DNA of 39,072 bases from Candidatus Hydrogenedentota bacterium (GCA_034408725.1 JAWXCN010000144.1:1-39072), one strand, 5' to 3'; counted from the first letter of the stretch, positions 26,360 through 35,996 are shown. The notes: generated from the sequence alone by a model not told the origin. Program-made: numbers and translations.

Positions 26360-27711
26360 CGCTGTGGCACATCGCCTGGAACTATCTGTGGAACCGGAAG
26401 CTCACGACATTCTTGACGATTGTATCCGTCGCGCTCGGCGTTGCGCTGATTACCTCCGTGCTGCTTCTCCACTACGAAACGGAAAAACGCTTTGTAGAAG
26501 AAGGACAATCTTTTGATGTGGCAGTCGGCGCAAAGGGCAGCACGCAACAACTCGTATTGAGCACCGTGTACTTCATCGGACAGCCCACCGGCACTATTCA
26601 GTACAGTGATTTCGAGCGGCTGCAAAAAGAAGAGGAAGTGCTCGCCGCCTTTCCGATCAACATGGGCGATTCCTACCAGGGATTCCGGATCGTCGGAACG
26701 ACGCGGGAAATGCTCGAGTTCAACTGGGTGAATCGGGTTACGGAGGAACGCCGCGGGACATTCGATATCGACCAGGGCGATTACTTCGCAAAACCCCTCG
26801 AAGCCGTGATTGGCGCCGCGGTCGCCATCGAGTCGCAGTTGCGGATTGGCGACGAGTTCGCGAGCATGCATGGTTTCGCGGACATGGGATTCTCCGAGCA
26901 CCATGACGCGAAACCTTACAAAGTGGTTGGCATCCTCAAAGCCTCGGCTACGCCCAACGATCGCGCAATTTTTGTCGACTACAATTCCATTTATGAAGTG
27001 CATGACGATGAGTACGGCACACCGAGCCTCAGCGGTGCGGAATCCGCTCCCGGCGCGAACTACAAATCCGGCGAAGAACACTCCGAAGTGGGCGAACACG
27101 CCGAAGAAGCAGATCATGCCGCCGGCGAAGGTCACGCGGACGAAGAGCATGGACATGCGCACAAGCAACTGACGGCCGCTTTGCTCGTCCTTGAGTCTCC
27201 CGCGCAACGCTTCGAGTTCAAACAGCGAATCATCAACGACTATCCCAACGCGGTCGCCGCGGTGCCTATCGACGAAATTCAACAGTTGTATAATCAGCTG
27301 CTCGGCACGGCGCGGCAGGTCATGGTCTACATCGGATTCCTTGTCATGGTGATAAGCTCGATATCCATCTTGATCGGTCTTTATTTGTCGATCATTCAGC
27401 GAAAGAGAGACCTCGCCATCATGCGCGCGCTCGGCGCGACCTCCGGCGAAATCGTGGGCTCAGTGTTGATCGAAGCCTTTTGGGTTACGCTGCTCGGGAT
27501 ACTCGCGGGCTATGCCTCTGGCCTCGCTTTGACCTGGGGAATTGGATCGTTTCTCGCCAGCAAAATCGGCTTTGAAGTGTCCGTGTTCCGGCCAACAGCC
27601 GACATGATCTCCGCGTATTCCGCGATTTTGATTATGGGCATGATCGCCGGGATTCTGCCGGCATGGCAGGCCTACCGGACCGATATCGCCCGCGATCTGG
27701 CCGAATTGTGA
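26356..27711 (+). CDS. MacB/FtsX-type ABC permease with a His/Glu-rich periplasmic insert (ZrgC-like)
   Basis: VGAKGS..QLVLSTVY, MGDSYQGFRIVGT, RDLAIMRALGA, ILPAWQAYRTD. ATGA overlap with the ATPase. Confidence 0.88.
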   Translation: MTLWHIAWNYLWNRKLTTFLTIVSVALGVALITSVLLLHYETEKRFVEEGQSFDVAVGAKGSTQQLVLSTVYFIGQPTGTIQYSDFERLQKEEEVLAAFPINMGDSYQGFRIVGTTREMLEFNWVNRVTEERRGTFDIDQGDYFAKPLEAVIGAAVAIESQLRIGDEFASMHGFADMGFSEHHDAKPYKVVGILKASATPNDRAIFVDYNSIYEVHDDEYGTPSLSGAESAPGANYKSGEEHSEVGEHAEEADHAAGEGHADEEHGHAHKQLTAALLVLESPAQRFEFKQRIINDYPNAVAAVPIDEIQQLYNQLLGTARQVMVYIGFLVMVISSISILIGLYLSIIQRKRDLAIMRALGATSGEIVGSVLIEAFWVTLLGILAGYASGLALTWGIGSFLASKIGFEVSVFRPTADMISAYSAILIMGMIAGILPAWQAYRTDIARDLAEL

Positions 27712-27750
27712 TATACTATTGACCGTTTTCGGGGCAAAGGAGTCTGTACC

Positions 27751-28461
27751 GTGAGAACGCGTGTTGTTCGTGACCTGGGCACCATTGCCGGTATCGTTGT
27801 GATCCTCGCCGGTATTGTCGGCCTGAACATGTACTACCGGCTCGACGGCCTCAAGCAGCGATATGACCGAATCCGGCGCGTCGCCGAGGCCGAACGCGTC
27901 AAAAGTGGCATGGACATCCTCAATTGGGACCTGTTGCGTGAAACCAAGGGGAACCTGCGCAGTGGGGCGCAATTCAGTGATGGCTTGGTCACGCGCGCTA
28001 AGGAAGGCCGCACCATAAACCTCATGGGGTTCATGACGCCCATCGATCAATTCAAGGACGTTGCGCATTTCATGCTCCTGCCCCTCCCCATCGAATGTTA
28101 TTTCTGCCGTATGCCTCCCATGCGCGACGTGATACTCGTGCGCATGAACGAAGGCGAAATCACGGATATCGTCACCGAGCCGGTGCTCGTGAGCGGCGAG
28201 TTACAGTTGCACGAAGGTCCGAAACAAAAATTCTTCTATAGCGTGCAAAATGCAACGTTGCAGTCGGGCAAGAGCGGCGCAAAACTTACCAAAAGGACAT
28301 TTAGCCAGCGGCACCGCGAAGAATCGCGTACTCTCGGCGGCGATTTGCTTGACGACGCGCATGGCGAATCCAACGTACCGCAAGAAGAGATGATGCCACC
28401 GGTGCAATCTGCGCCAGCGCCTACGCCCCCGCCTGGACCGCAGGCAAGCGCCTCGCCATAG
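27751..28461 (+). CDS. DUF3299 (ZrgD-like) membrane-anchored protein
   Basis: N-terminal TM, WDLL, GFMTP, FMLLP, ECYFCRMPP, VLVSGEL. AAGGAG RBS. Confidence 0.75.
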   Translation: MRTRVVRDLGTIAGIVVILAGIVGLNMYYRLDGLKQRYDRIRRVAEAERVKSGMDILNWDLLRETKGNLRSGAQFSDGLVTRAKEGRTINLMGFMTPIDQFKDVAHFMLLPLPIECYFCRMPPMRDVILVRMNEGEITDIVTEPVLVSGELQLHEGPKQKFFYSVQNATLQSGKSGAKLTKRTFSQRHREESRTLGGDLLDDAHGESNVPQEEMMPPVQSAPAPTPPPGPQASASP

Positions 28462-28536
28462 CCCCGTGTAAAGCGTTGCCGACTTTCTAACCAGGGCAAT
28501 CACGCTTAATTGCGAAGCGACTTCCCCCAGGAAATG

Positions 28537-28643
28537 GAAAGCGGCAGCTATCCGCTGCCGCAGTCCAAGGCGCTCCGCGCGGTTTTTAGACGTCTTTTGG
28601 CCGCGCGTAGCGCCTTGGACTGCGGCGTGTCAGCGCCGCTTTC
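28537..28643. repeat. Inverted pair of REP-like elements (TTGGACTGCGGC-N-GCCGCTTT family)
   Basis: 28537-28582 is a near-perfect reverse complement of 28601-28643 except in the loop. Each arm has its own GCGGC..GCCGC hairpin. Confidence 0.8.
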
Positions 28644-28867
28644 ACTTCGGGCTACTCGAAATCCTCCAATAAAAGTTAAGGGGTTCAGGATCAAGCGAAT
28701 CGAAGCAAAGTAATCGCGCTGAATTGCAAAGCAGCCTCGTCCATATACGAAAGCACAACCACGCAATTCTTGGCGTCACGCCAGTTACCTGCAATTTAGG
28801 CACAATTTCCCAAACTTTGTGACCCCAATGGGGTTTACGGCCTCGCGCGCGTGATACTATTTCGCGC

Positions 28868-29578
28868 ATGCCACATGTTCACCGGTTTTACATTTCCGCC
28901 GATGGCATACACAACAACACGCGCGCAACGCTCTCGGATCAGGAAGCACATCACGCGCTCCACGTCGTGCGGTTGCGGGTGGGAGATAGTGCCGCGCTGT
29001 TCGATGGCGCTGGGCGCGAATGGCAGGCTGTCGTCGAGAGCGCGGCGCGGCACACAGTCGAACTGCGAATCACAGAAGCACGTGAAATCTCACAACCCAC
29101 GGCGTGCGTGACGTTATACCAGGCTTCCCTGCACCGTGAAAAAGCGGTCGAAGAATTGGTCCGCCACGCTGCCGAACTGGGCGTGGCGCGCGTCGTCTTT
29201 TTTCGCTCCGAACATTCCGGGCGCGCGCCAAAACTGTCGGATAAGTGGCGGCGCATCGCAATCGAAGCGTGCAAACAAAGCGGCCGGCTGTGGCTCCCCC
29301 ACTTCGATGTCGCCGCGTCGCTCGACGAGGCCATTGCGATGGCCGGCGGCGTCCGGCTTGTCGCCACGCGCGATATACCGCCGGTTCCATTGCGCACAGC
29401 GCTGACGGCGCGCGAAGTTTCTGTATTTATCGGACCCGAAGGCGATTTCAGCGCAACGGAACTTGAACAGTTGCTCGCAGCGAACGCGATCCCAATCTCG
29501 CTAGGCGAAGCGACCTACCGCGCCGAAGTCGCCGCGACCCTCGCCGTAGCGTTTATAGGCTATGAACTCGAAATGTAG
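28868..29578 (+). CDS. rsmE: 16S rRNA m3U1498 methyltransferase
   Basis: HHALHVVRLRVGD, ELGV, EACKQSGR, FIGPEGDFS, SLGEATYRAEVA. Confidence 0.92.
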   Translation: MPHVHRFYISADGIHNNTRATLSDQEAHHALHVVRLRVGDSAALFDGAGREWQAVVESAARHTVELRITEAREISQPTACVTLYQASLHREKAVEELVRHAAELGVARVVFFRSEHSGRAPKLSDKWRRIAIEACKQSGRLWLPHFDVAASLDEAIAMAGGVRLVATRDIPPVPLRTALTAREVSVFIGPEGDFSATELEQLLAANAIPISLGEATYRAEVAATLAVAFIGYELEM

Positions 29579-29677
29579 CGTTGAGTTCCGATTCGGCACG
29601 TCCCTTAATGGGCGGCGCGTTGCGTTTTACATCCCGCCTGCGGTACGCTCGGTTTTCGTTGGCCAGGAATCACCACA

Positions 29678-30019
29678 ATGTCTGCTGACTGCCTTTTCTG
29701 CAAGATCGCGAATGGCGAGATACCTTCTACACAGGTCTACAACGACTCCGAATTCTACGCGTTTCGTGATATCAACCCTGGCGCGCCAGCGCATATCCTG
29801 ATCATTCCACGAAAACACATTGCGAAGATCACAGATGCCGGCGCCGAAGATACCAGCCTTCTCGGAAAACTGCTGCTCACCGCCAACCGCGTCGCGCAGC
29901 AGGAAGGCATCACCGATTTCCGGTACGTCATGAACTGCGGACCGCGCGCCGGGCAGAGCGTGTTTCATATTCATCTGCACCTGCTGGCGGGCCGTGAATT
30001 TCATTGGCCGCCGGGTTAG
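29678..30019 (+). CDS. hinT: Histidine triad nucleotide-binding protein
   Basis: DCLFCKI, AFRDINP.AP.HILIIP, AGQSVFHIHLHLLAGR, WPPG. Confidence 0.93.
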   Translation: MSADCLFCKIANGEIPSTQVYNDSEFYAFRDINPGAPAHILIIPRKHIAKITDAGAEDTSLLGKLLLTANRVAQQEGITDFRYVMNCGPRAGQSVFHIHLHLLAGREFHWPPG

Positions 30020-30102
30020 TTCAGTTGTCCTTTGACCGTGGACAAGGGAGTGTATTCATTCTTGCACTTCTGCCCAAAACTTGGTGCTTGGAATGTGCGC
30101 TC

Positions 30103-30242
30103 TTTGGACTGGGGTGGCGGAGCGGGCAGCGCAGACACCGCTTTGGCTGTTTATAGGCGACGGCTTCGTGCGCGCATGGTAAGGGGTAAGCCAACTGTGA
30201 TAAACAGCCAAAGCGGCGCCTTCTGGGCCGCCGCAGTCCAAA
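30103..30242. repeat. Second inverted pair of the TTGGACTG...CCGCTTT REP-like family
   Basis: TTTGGACTG (30103) pairs with CAGTCCAAA (to 30242). Perfect 17-bp inverted repeat CCGCTTTGGCTGTTTAT (30138-30154) and ATAAACAGCCAAAGCGG (30200-30216). Confidence 0.75.
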
Positions 30243-30311
30243 TAGGCTTCTGGTTAAAATTTAGTTTTGGGTGGAAACGATTTGGATGTAACCCTTTTTA
30301 ATACAGGAACC

Positions 30312-31157
30312 ATGCTGCCCATCGACACCAATACCCGGTTATGCGCCGTCATCGGCAATCCCGTAGCGCATTCGTTCTCACCGCGCATGCACAATGCCGC
30401 GTACCGCGCTGCCGCGCTGAACTATGTCTACCTCGCGTTCCACGTCGAAGACGTCGCCGGGTTTCTCGCCGGCGTGCGCGCAATGTCCAGCTTCCGCGGC
30501 GTGAGCGTAACCATCCCCCACAAGCGCGAAGTCATGTCGCACCTCGACGAAATAGAAGACCTCGCGCGACATGTCGGCAGCGTCAACACCATTACAAACG
30601 AAAAGGGCCGCCTCGTTGGCTCGACGACCGACGGCCCCGGCGCGTTGCGCGCATTAACCGAAGCCGGCGTGAACACTGCCGGCAAGCGCGTGCTGCTTCT
30701 GGGAGCTGGCGGCGCGGTGCGCGCCGTGTCATTCGCAATCGCCGAAACCACCAGGGCATCACATATCACGATCCTCGGACGCACACTCGCGAAAGTGGAC
30801 GAGCTCGTGCGCGATCTGCGCCAGGCGGACATCGATCACGTTTCCGGCGCAACACTTGACGCCGGCCTCGCCGATGCAATGGCCTCGCACGATATTGTGA
30901 TCCACGGCACGTCCGTTGGGATGGAACCCGATGAGAACTCCGCCTGCGTTCCGAAAGAAATGTTTCGCGCGGACCAGATCGTTTTTGACATGGTCTACCG
31001 TCCCCACGAGACACGTCTGCTGCGCGAGGCCCGTGACGCAGGGTGTCAGATTGTCCATGGCATCGAAATGTTGATCAATCAAGCCGCGCTCCAGTTCGAG
31101 CGATGGACGGAGACTCCCTGTCCCATCGCGGCAATGCGGGAATCGGTGTCGCAATGA
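30312..31157 (+). CDS. aroE: Shikimate dehydrogenase
   Basis: GNPVAHSFSPRMHN, SVTIPHK, SVNT, TDGPG, GAGGA, DMVY.P..T, GIEMLINQA. Confidence 0.95.
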   Translation: MLPIDTNTRLCAVIGNPVAHSFSPRMHNAAYRAAALNYVYLAFHVEDVAGFLAGVRAMSSFRGVSVTIPHKREVMSHLDEIEDLARHVGSVNTITNEKGRLVGSTTDGPGALRALTEAGVNTAGKRVLLLGAGGAVRAVSFAIAETTRASHITILGRTLAKVDELVRDLRQADIDHVSGATLDAGLADAMASHDIVIHGTSVGMEPDENSACVPKEMFRADQIVFDMVYRPHETRLLREARDAGCQIVHGIEMLINQAALQFERWTETPCPIAAMRESVSQ

Positions 31158-31687
31158 ACCTGATTCTAGTCGGCGCGCGCGGCAGCGGGAAATCAGCCGT
31201 CGCGCGCGAGCTCACGCGAATGTTGGAGCGGGAAGCAATTTCCACCGACGTGGAAATTGAACGGCGTGCAAATGCATCCATCAAGGATTACGTTGGCGCG
31301 AACGGATGGAAAGCATTCCGTATACTCGAATCCGAAGTCGTGCGCGACCTCGCCGTGCAAGAAAACATCGTGTTGGATACCGGAGGCGGCGTAGTAGCGC
31401 GCGCGGAAAATATAGCGATGTTGCGCGCTAACGGGATCGTGTTCTGGCTCAAGGCATCCGTCGAAACACTCGCGGCGCGAATCAAACCCGACACCAACCG
31501 CCCTTCGCTCACGGGCGAAAAGAACTTCATTGATGAGATCGCCGGAATCCTTGTAGAACGCGAACCGCTTTACACCAGCGCCGCGCACTATGCCGTCGTG
31601 ACCGAAAACCGAACGGTCCCGGACATCGCACGGGAAATCGCAGGGATTTTCGCCGCGGCACTTCCTACGGACCAGCCAAAATCATAG
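31154..31687 (+). CDS. aroK: Shikimate kinase
   Basis: GARGSGKS, D..IE, FRILE, TGGG, RPSL, REPLY. ATGA overlap with aroE. Confidence 0.93.
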   Translation: MNLILVGARGSGKSAVARELTRMLEREAISTDVEIERRANASIKDYVGANGWKAFRILESEVVRDLAVQENIVLDTGGGVVARAENIAMLRANGIVFWLKASVETLAARIKPDTNRPSLTGEKNFIDEIAGILVEREPLYTSAAHYAVVTENRTVPDIAREIAGIFAAALPTDQPKS

Positions 31688-31755
31688 ATTGTGGAAATGT
31701 GCCCGAGGTAGAATCGGCGTTGCGGGGATTTGTTAGCGGAGAGAGGAAAACCGAC

Positions 31756-31941
31756 ATGCGTGTGCAGACCTTTATGGGGCGCGTTTCGATGGAATCGTTG
31801 CAACAGTTGGATAACCACGTGAATGAGTGGCTGGCGGAACACAATGTCGAACCAAAGCACATTCAGCAGTCGTGTGGATACGAGCATGCGAGAGACGGCA
31901 ACCACCCCGAGCCGGTGGTAATCGTCACCGTTTGGTACTGA
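31756..31941 (+). CDS. Small (61 aa) conserved-looking hypothetical protein
   Basis: GAGAGG RBS. MRVQTF...LDNHVNEWL...V.VWY resembles a beta-alpha-beta-beta Cse60-like small protein. Confidence 0.65.
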   Translation: MRVQTFMGRVSMESLQQLDNHVNEWLAEHNVEPKHIQQSCGYEHARDGNHPEPVVIVTVWY

Positions 31942-31993
31942 TGTAACGTCGAATTCCGATGCGACGTGTCTTGGAAACGCCCAATAATTGCCA

Positions 31994-32674
31994 TCAGTTT
32001 TGCGCCATCACCCACACAGCCTCCGGCTCGCCGCTTTTCGACGTCGCCGTAGTCACTGTAAACGTCACGTCCTTTTGCGCGGACTGGCCCGCAGCGCTGA
32101 CCGTTTGCGCGACGATATACTGCCCCGCCGGCGCTTGCGCGGGCAGCGCGAACTCGATTGGGCTCTGCCACGTGCCGTCCGTGCGCGTGGTCGTGCTGTC
32201 ATACAATTCTTTGACGGGCTTTCCGTCCTTTTTCAAAATGAACTGTTCGCGGACAGGCAATCCATTGGCCCCCGTACCCAGCGCGGCGTATTCGAGCACG
32301 GAGGTCGCGCTTGCGCCCGGTTTCACATTAAGGGGTGTGACCTTTGATCCGTCCGTTAGCGCCAGTTTGAATCCTGACGCGGGATCGTACTGATGCTGTT
32401 GCGCTGTTTCCTCCGCGGTACGTGTCCGCCGCGCCTTGACCTTATGAATGCCCCATCCCGCAAGTCCGCCAATCGCCGCTCCGATCAGTGCGCCTTCAGT
32501 CGCGTTGCCCGACTGGTTACCAATGATGGCGCCCGCGCCCGCTCCAACGGCCGCGCCAAGCCCCGCCGATCTTCCGGCGGTTTCACATCCCACCAAGGCT
32601 ACGCACGTGCCCAGCGCAATCGCGGACACCAATTGCTTCCTGGAGCGCGCTGAAAAGAAAGTTTCGATGGTCAT
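31994..32674 (-). CDS. Glycine-zipper lipoprotein with a C-terminal Ig-like beta domain
   Basis: Lipobox LVGC and GAAVGAGAGAIIG...GALIGAAIGGLAG. GGAGG RBS. Confidence 0.8.
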   Translation of the reverse strand: MTIETFFSARSRKQLVSAIALGTCVALVGCETAGRSAGLGAAVGAGAGAIIGNQSGNATEGALIGAAIGGLAGWGIHKVKARRTRTAEETAQQHQYDPASGFKLALTDGSKVTPLNVKPGASATSVLEYAALGTGANGLPVREQFILKKDGKPVKELYDSTTTRTDGTWQSPIEFALPAQAPAGQYIVAQTVSAAGQSAQKDVTFTVTTATSKSGEPEAVWVMAQN

Positions 32675-32712
32675 GTCGGGTCCTCCAAAGGGATGTGGCT
32701 GAATTTCGCGTA

Positions 32713-34434
32713 TCAGTTAACGCGCGTCGAGGGCAATTTATTTACGCGCATGTCCTTAAACATGTCCGCAGCTCGTTCGGAAGAACTCTGGGGCGCGGCA
32801 TAGTGGGGCGGATACGCCGGCGGGACGGGTGTCTGCATCCGCGGAACGGGTGTTTGCTCCTGCGCTGGCGGCGCGGTATACGCCGGGACCGGGGTCTGCC
32901 GCGGTACCGGAGTACGGCGCGTTTCGGAATCGGGTGCGACGTCGCCCGTTTCGTCTTCCGGCGACACCAGGTCCTGGTCTTTCTTTGCTGGCGCTTCTTT
33001 TTTTACCACAGTGGTCTTCGATTTCGGCGAGGATTTGGGCTGAAGCGCCACGGGTGCAGGTTGTTCTGGAACCGGTGCCGCGGGCGTCGGTGCGGGCGAG
33101 ATGACGACCGGAATCGAATCGGCCGCGGAAACTGGCGCAGGAGCAGGCGAAAGCGGTACCGACTCCGGAAGCATTGAAACCGGAGCTGGCGTGTCGGGCT
33201 GGGTGGGCGCCGGCATCGCAAGAACTGGCGAAGCACTCAGTCCGGTTCCAACGACCGAGTTCGGTGTCGGCGACACGGCATCCGGTGTCGAAGTCTTAGA
33301 AAAATACAGATTCGCGACTGCGGCGCTCGCGAGAGCCAAGAGGACGACAGCAACCACTGCAACCGTCCGTTTCGCGCTCTTCGCGCCTACCTCACGGCGT
33401 TGCATCGGGCCAGCGCCCGGAGACGTGTCCTGCGATTTTGGCATGGGAGTAAGCGGAACTGTCGCACCGGCATTCACCTCGCTCGCGGTCGATGGCACCG
33501 GACCGGCGAGGGCCAGCGACGTGATCGGACCGCGTGACTTCACCACGACGCGCAGCCAGTATCGGAATTCCGTGGCCGACGTGAACCGTTCCACGGGATG
33601 CTTTGCCATCGCCTTATGGACGATTTCCGTCACTACGCGCGGATACGAGGTGTCCGAAATTCCATCCACCGGCGGCGGCGGTGTGTTCAGATGCCCGTGG
33701 AAGATGTCCGTAATTGTCCCTTGAAACGGCGGGTGCCCCGTCAACATTTGATACAGCATCACGCCCATCGCGTAAATATCCGTCGCGGGAGACAAGGCGC
33801 CATATTGCTCGCCAGCGATCTGTTCCGGCGACATGTAGATCGGCGTGCCGGGCCCTGAGCCTCCCTGGCGTGTCAACATTGTTGCGCCATCCACCGGATT
33901 CAACAACCGCGCGATGCCGAAGTCCATCAGTTTCGCGACATAATTTCCAGTCTCGTTCTGCACCAGCATGACGTTCGCGGGCTTTACATCGCGATGGACC
34001 ACTCCAAGCGCGTGGATGCGCGAAAGCGCTTCCAACACTTGGCATGCGATCGAAGCGCTCTCGCGCCAGGTCAGATACAATTCCCCAAGCCGCGCGCGAT
34101 CAATCAGGTCCTTCAGCGTGGTCCCATCAACAAATTCCATGACAAGATGGATGCGCCCGTCTTCTTCAACACGATCATAGAGTGGAATGATGTTCGGGTG
34201 CGCGCCCATCTGCGCGTGCATGACGCATTCGCGCTCAATTCGCTTGCGGACGTCTTCCATTTTGCAGAATTCGCGCTTGATCGATTTCACGGCCACGAGC
34301 CTGCCTAGGCGAAGGTCCTCGGCAAGATGCACGTCTCCCATCCCGCCGGAACCGAGAGACCGCGTTATACGGTATCGGCCCTGAAGCAAGTGTTCATGGT
34401 CTGCCGGAGACGCCGCGCTAAACGAACTAGTCAT
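32713..34434 (-). CDS. Membrane Hanks-type Ser/Thr protein kinase with a Pro-rich extracytoplasmic tail
   Basis: LGSGGMGDV, VAVK, HRDVKPAN, DFGIA, GTPIYMSPEQ, DIYAMG. TM VAVVAVVLLALASAAVANLYF. Confidence 0.93.
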   Translation of the reverse strand: MTSSFSAASPADHEHLLQGRYRITRSLGSGGMGDVHLAEDLRLGRLVAVKSIKREFCKMEDVRKRIERECVMHAQMGAHPNIIPLYDRVEEDGRIHLVMEFVDGTTLKDLIDRARLGELYLTWRESASIACQVLEALSRIHALGVVHRDVKPANVMLVQNETGNYVAKLMDFGIARLLNPVDGATMLTRQGGSGPGTPIYMSPEQIAGEQYGALSPATDIYAMGVMLYQMLTGHPPFQGTITDIFHGHLNTPPPPVDGISDTSYPRVVTEIVHKAMAKHPVERFTSATEFRYWLRVVVKSRGPITSLALAGPVPSTASEVNAGATVPLTPMPKSQDTSPGAGPMQRREVGAKSAKRTVAVVAVVLLALASAAVANLYFSKTSTPDAVSPTPNSVVGTGLSASPVLAMPAPTQPDTPAPVSMLPESVPLSPAPAPVSAADSIPVVISPAPTPAAPVPEQPAPVALQPKSSPKSKTTVVKKEAPAKKDQDLVSPEDETGDVAPDSETRRTPVPRQTPVPAYTAPPAQEQTPVPRMQTPVPPAYPPHYAAPQSSSERAADMFKDMRVNKLPSTRVN

Positions 34435-34730
34435 ATCACCCTGCTTAATACGCTCTCACTTACGACCGTTCCCGCAAGTATCCATGTTTCAAAAATTATG
34501 GACGCCTGCCGCACACCGGGATCGGTTTTCAGATTCCTCTACTTCTTTATACTATCCCCCAATACCCCGCTGTGTCACGCACTTCCGGCATGTCCGAGCA
34601 TTACTGGCATCGATCATCTGGCGGGCTACTGGTAAAACCTGCTACACTATTGTTGACGGTTGGCGTGGGGCCCTTATTCACATTGGGAGGCCAATCGGAA
34701 AAGCGCGGTAGGGAGAAGGAGGTCCGCTTC

Positions 34731-35897
34731 TTGTCGTTACACCTGCTGGACGACCTTCGCGAACGCCCTGTCCGCTATGTCGTTGGGCTAATGTCGGGTA
34801 CCTCGTGCGACGGCGTCGATGCCGCACTGGTCCGCCTTAAACGTCATGGCCCCAAAACCCGCATCAAGCTGTTGGCCTGCAAAACCTTACAGTATTCTGG
34901 CGCGCTCAAGGTCCGGCTATTGTCAAAGAAGAAGGACGCCAAGGAAATCAGCTCGCTGTCGTTTGCGCTCGGCGAAGTCTTCGCCCAAGCCGCCGTGTCA
35001 ATGCAGGAGGAGGCCGCAAATAACGATTGCAGCGTCGATTTTGTCGCCTCCCACGGTCATACCATCGCCCATCTCCCACCCCGGAATGGTCAATCCGAGC
35101 ACGGGACCCTGCAAATTGCCGATCCCGCCCTCATCGCGGACCGCACGGGCTTGCCCGTAGTGTCGGATTTCCGGCCGAGGGACATGGCGGCAGGCGGCCA
35201 AGGCGCGCCGTTGGTTCCCTATGCGGACTGGGTGTTGTTCCATCGCGTCGATGAAAACGTCGGATGTCTGAATATCGGCGGCATTGCCAACATTACCGTC
35301 GTCACACCAAAATTGAAAGATGTTTTTGCGTTCGACACCGGACCCGGCAATATGCCCATAGATGGCGCCATGCGATTGCTTACGCGCGGCCAGCAACACA
35401 TGGACTGGGATGGCGCGAATGCCGCAAAGGGCAAGGTCATTCAAGACCTGTTCGATCAACTCATGGACCACGATTACTTCAATCGGATGCCTCCAAAATC
35501 AACCGGCCGCGAAGAATTCGGCGAAGACGTGTTTCTTCCACCCGACATCGTCGAGCGCGCACAGTATGCCCCGGAGGACATCATGGCCACCATCACTTCG
35601 GTTGTCGCCCGGTCCATCGCGCTCGCCCATCAAAAATTCATCGCTCCACTTACCCCGCTCAGCCAGATCGTCGTCAGTGGAGGCGGCGCCCGCAACCGGA
35701 CATTGATGAAAGCCCTTCGCGCCGAATTCGCACCCATAGACGTCCGGCTAAGCGACGACCTCGGATTTCCGGGCGATGCCCGCGAAGCCGTCGCATTCGC
35801 AATCCTTGGTAACGAGACCATCTGCCAGACGGCATCCAATATCCCTAACGCCACCGGCGCCTCTCACGCCGCCATTCTCGGGAAAATAACCCTATAA
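34731..35897 (+). CDS. anmK: Anhydro-N-acetylmuramic acid kinase
   Basis: GLMSGTSCDGVD, SHGHT, DFRPRDMAAGGQGAPLVP, NIGGIAN, FDTGPGN, PKSTGRE.F, GGGARN, EAVAFA. AAGGAGG RBS precedes TTG 34731. Confidence 0.95.
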   Translation: MSLHLLDDLRERPVRYVVGLMSGTSCDGVDAALVRLKRHGPKTRIKLLACKTLQYSGALKVRLLSKKKDAKEISSLSFALGEVFAQAAVSMQEEAANNDCSVDFVASHGHTIAHLPPRNGQSEHGTLQIADPALIADRTGLPVVSDFRPRDMAAGGQGAPLVPYADWVLFHRVDENVGCLNIGGIANITVVTPKLKDVFAFDTGPGNMPIDGAMRLLTRGQQHMDWDGANAAKGKVIQDLFDQLMDHDYFNRMPPKSTGREEFGEDVFLPPDIVERAQYAPEDIMATITSVVARSIALAHQKFIAPLTPLSQIVVSGGGARNRTLMKALRAEFAPIDVRLSDDLGFPGDAREAVAFAILGNETICQTASNIPNATGASHAAILGKITL

Positions 35898-35996
35898 ATC
35901 GCAGGGGACTGTCCACCAGGCCGCAGCATCACGCAGCTTGGCGGGGCTGTTTCTAAAGCTATCTGTTAATTATAAATTCCATCACTTCGCCAATAT

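Noticed and set aside
26290-27282. 330-aa antisense ORF, and similar long shadow ORFs such as 8355-9209, 9234-10034, 11164-11883, 19110-19868 and 25522-26283
   Set aside because: These are antisense or off-frame shadows of well-supported genes, expected in GC-rich DNA, and show no motifs.
28510-28869. Small ORFs in the DUF3299-rsmE intergenic region
   Set aside because: They derive from the inverted REP pair and show no coding features.
30090-30250. Possible 6S RNA (long hairpin with a central bubble)
   Set aside because: Both arms match the repeat family at 28537-28643, so a REP doublet explains the structure. An Infernal search with the 6S model would settle it.
35901-35955. GGGGACTGTCC / GGGGCTGTTT possible repeat or terminator after anmK
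   Set aside because: Too degenerate: there is no stable stem with a U-tract and no second clear copy in the window.
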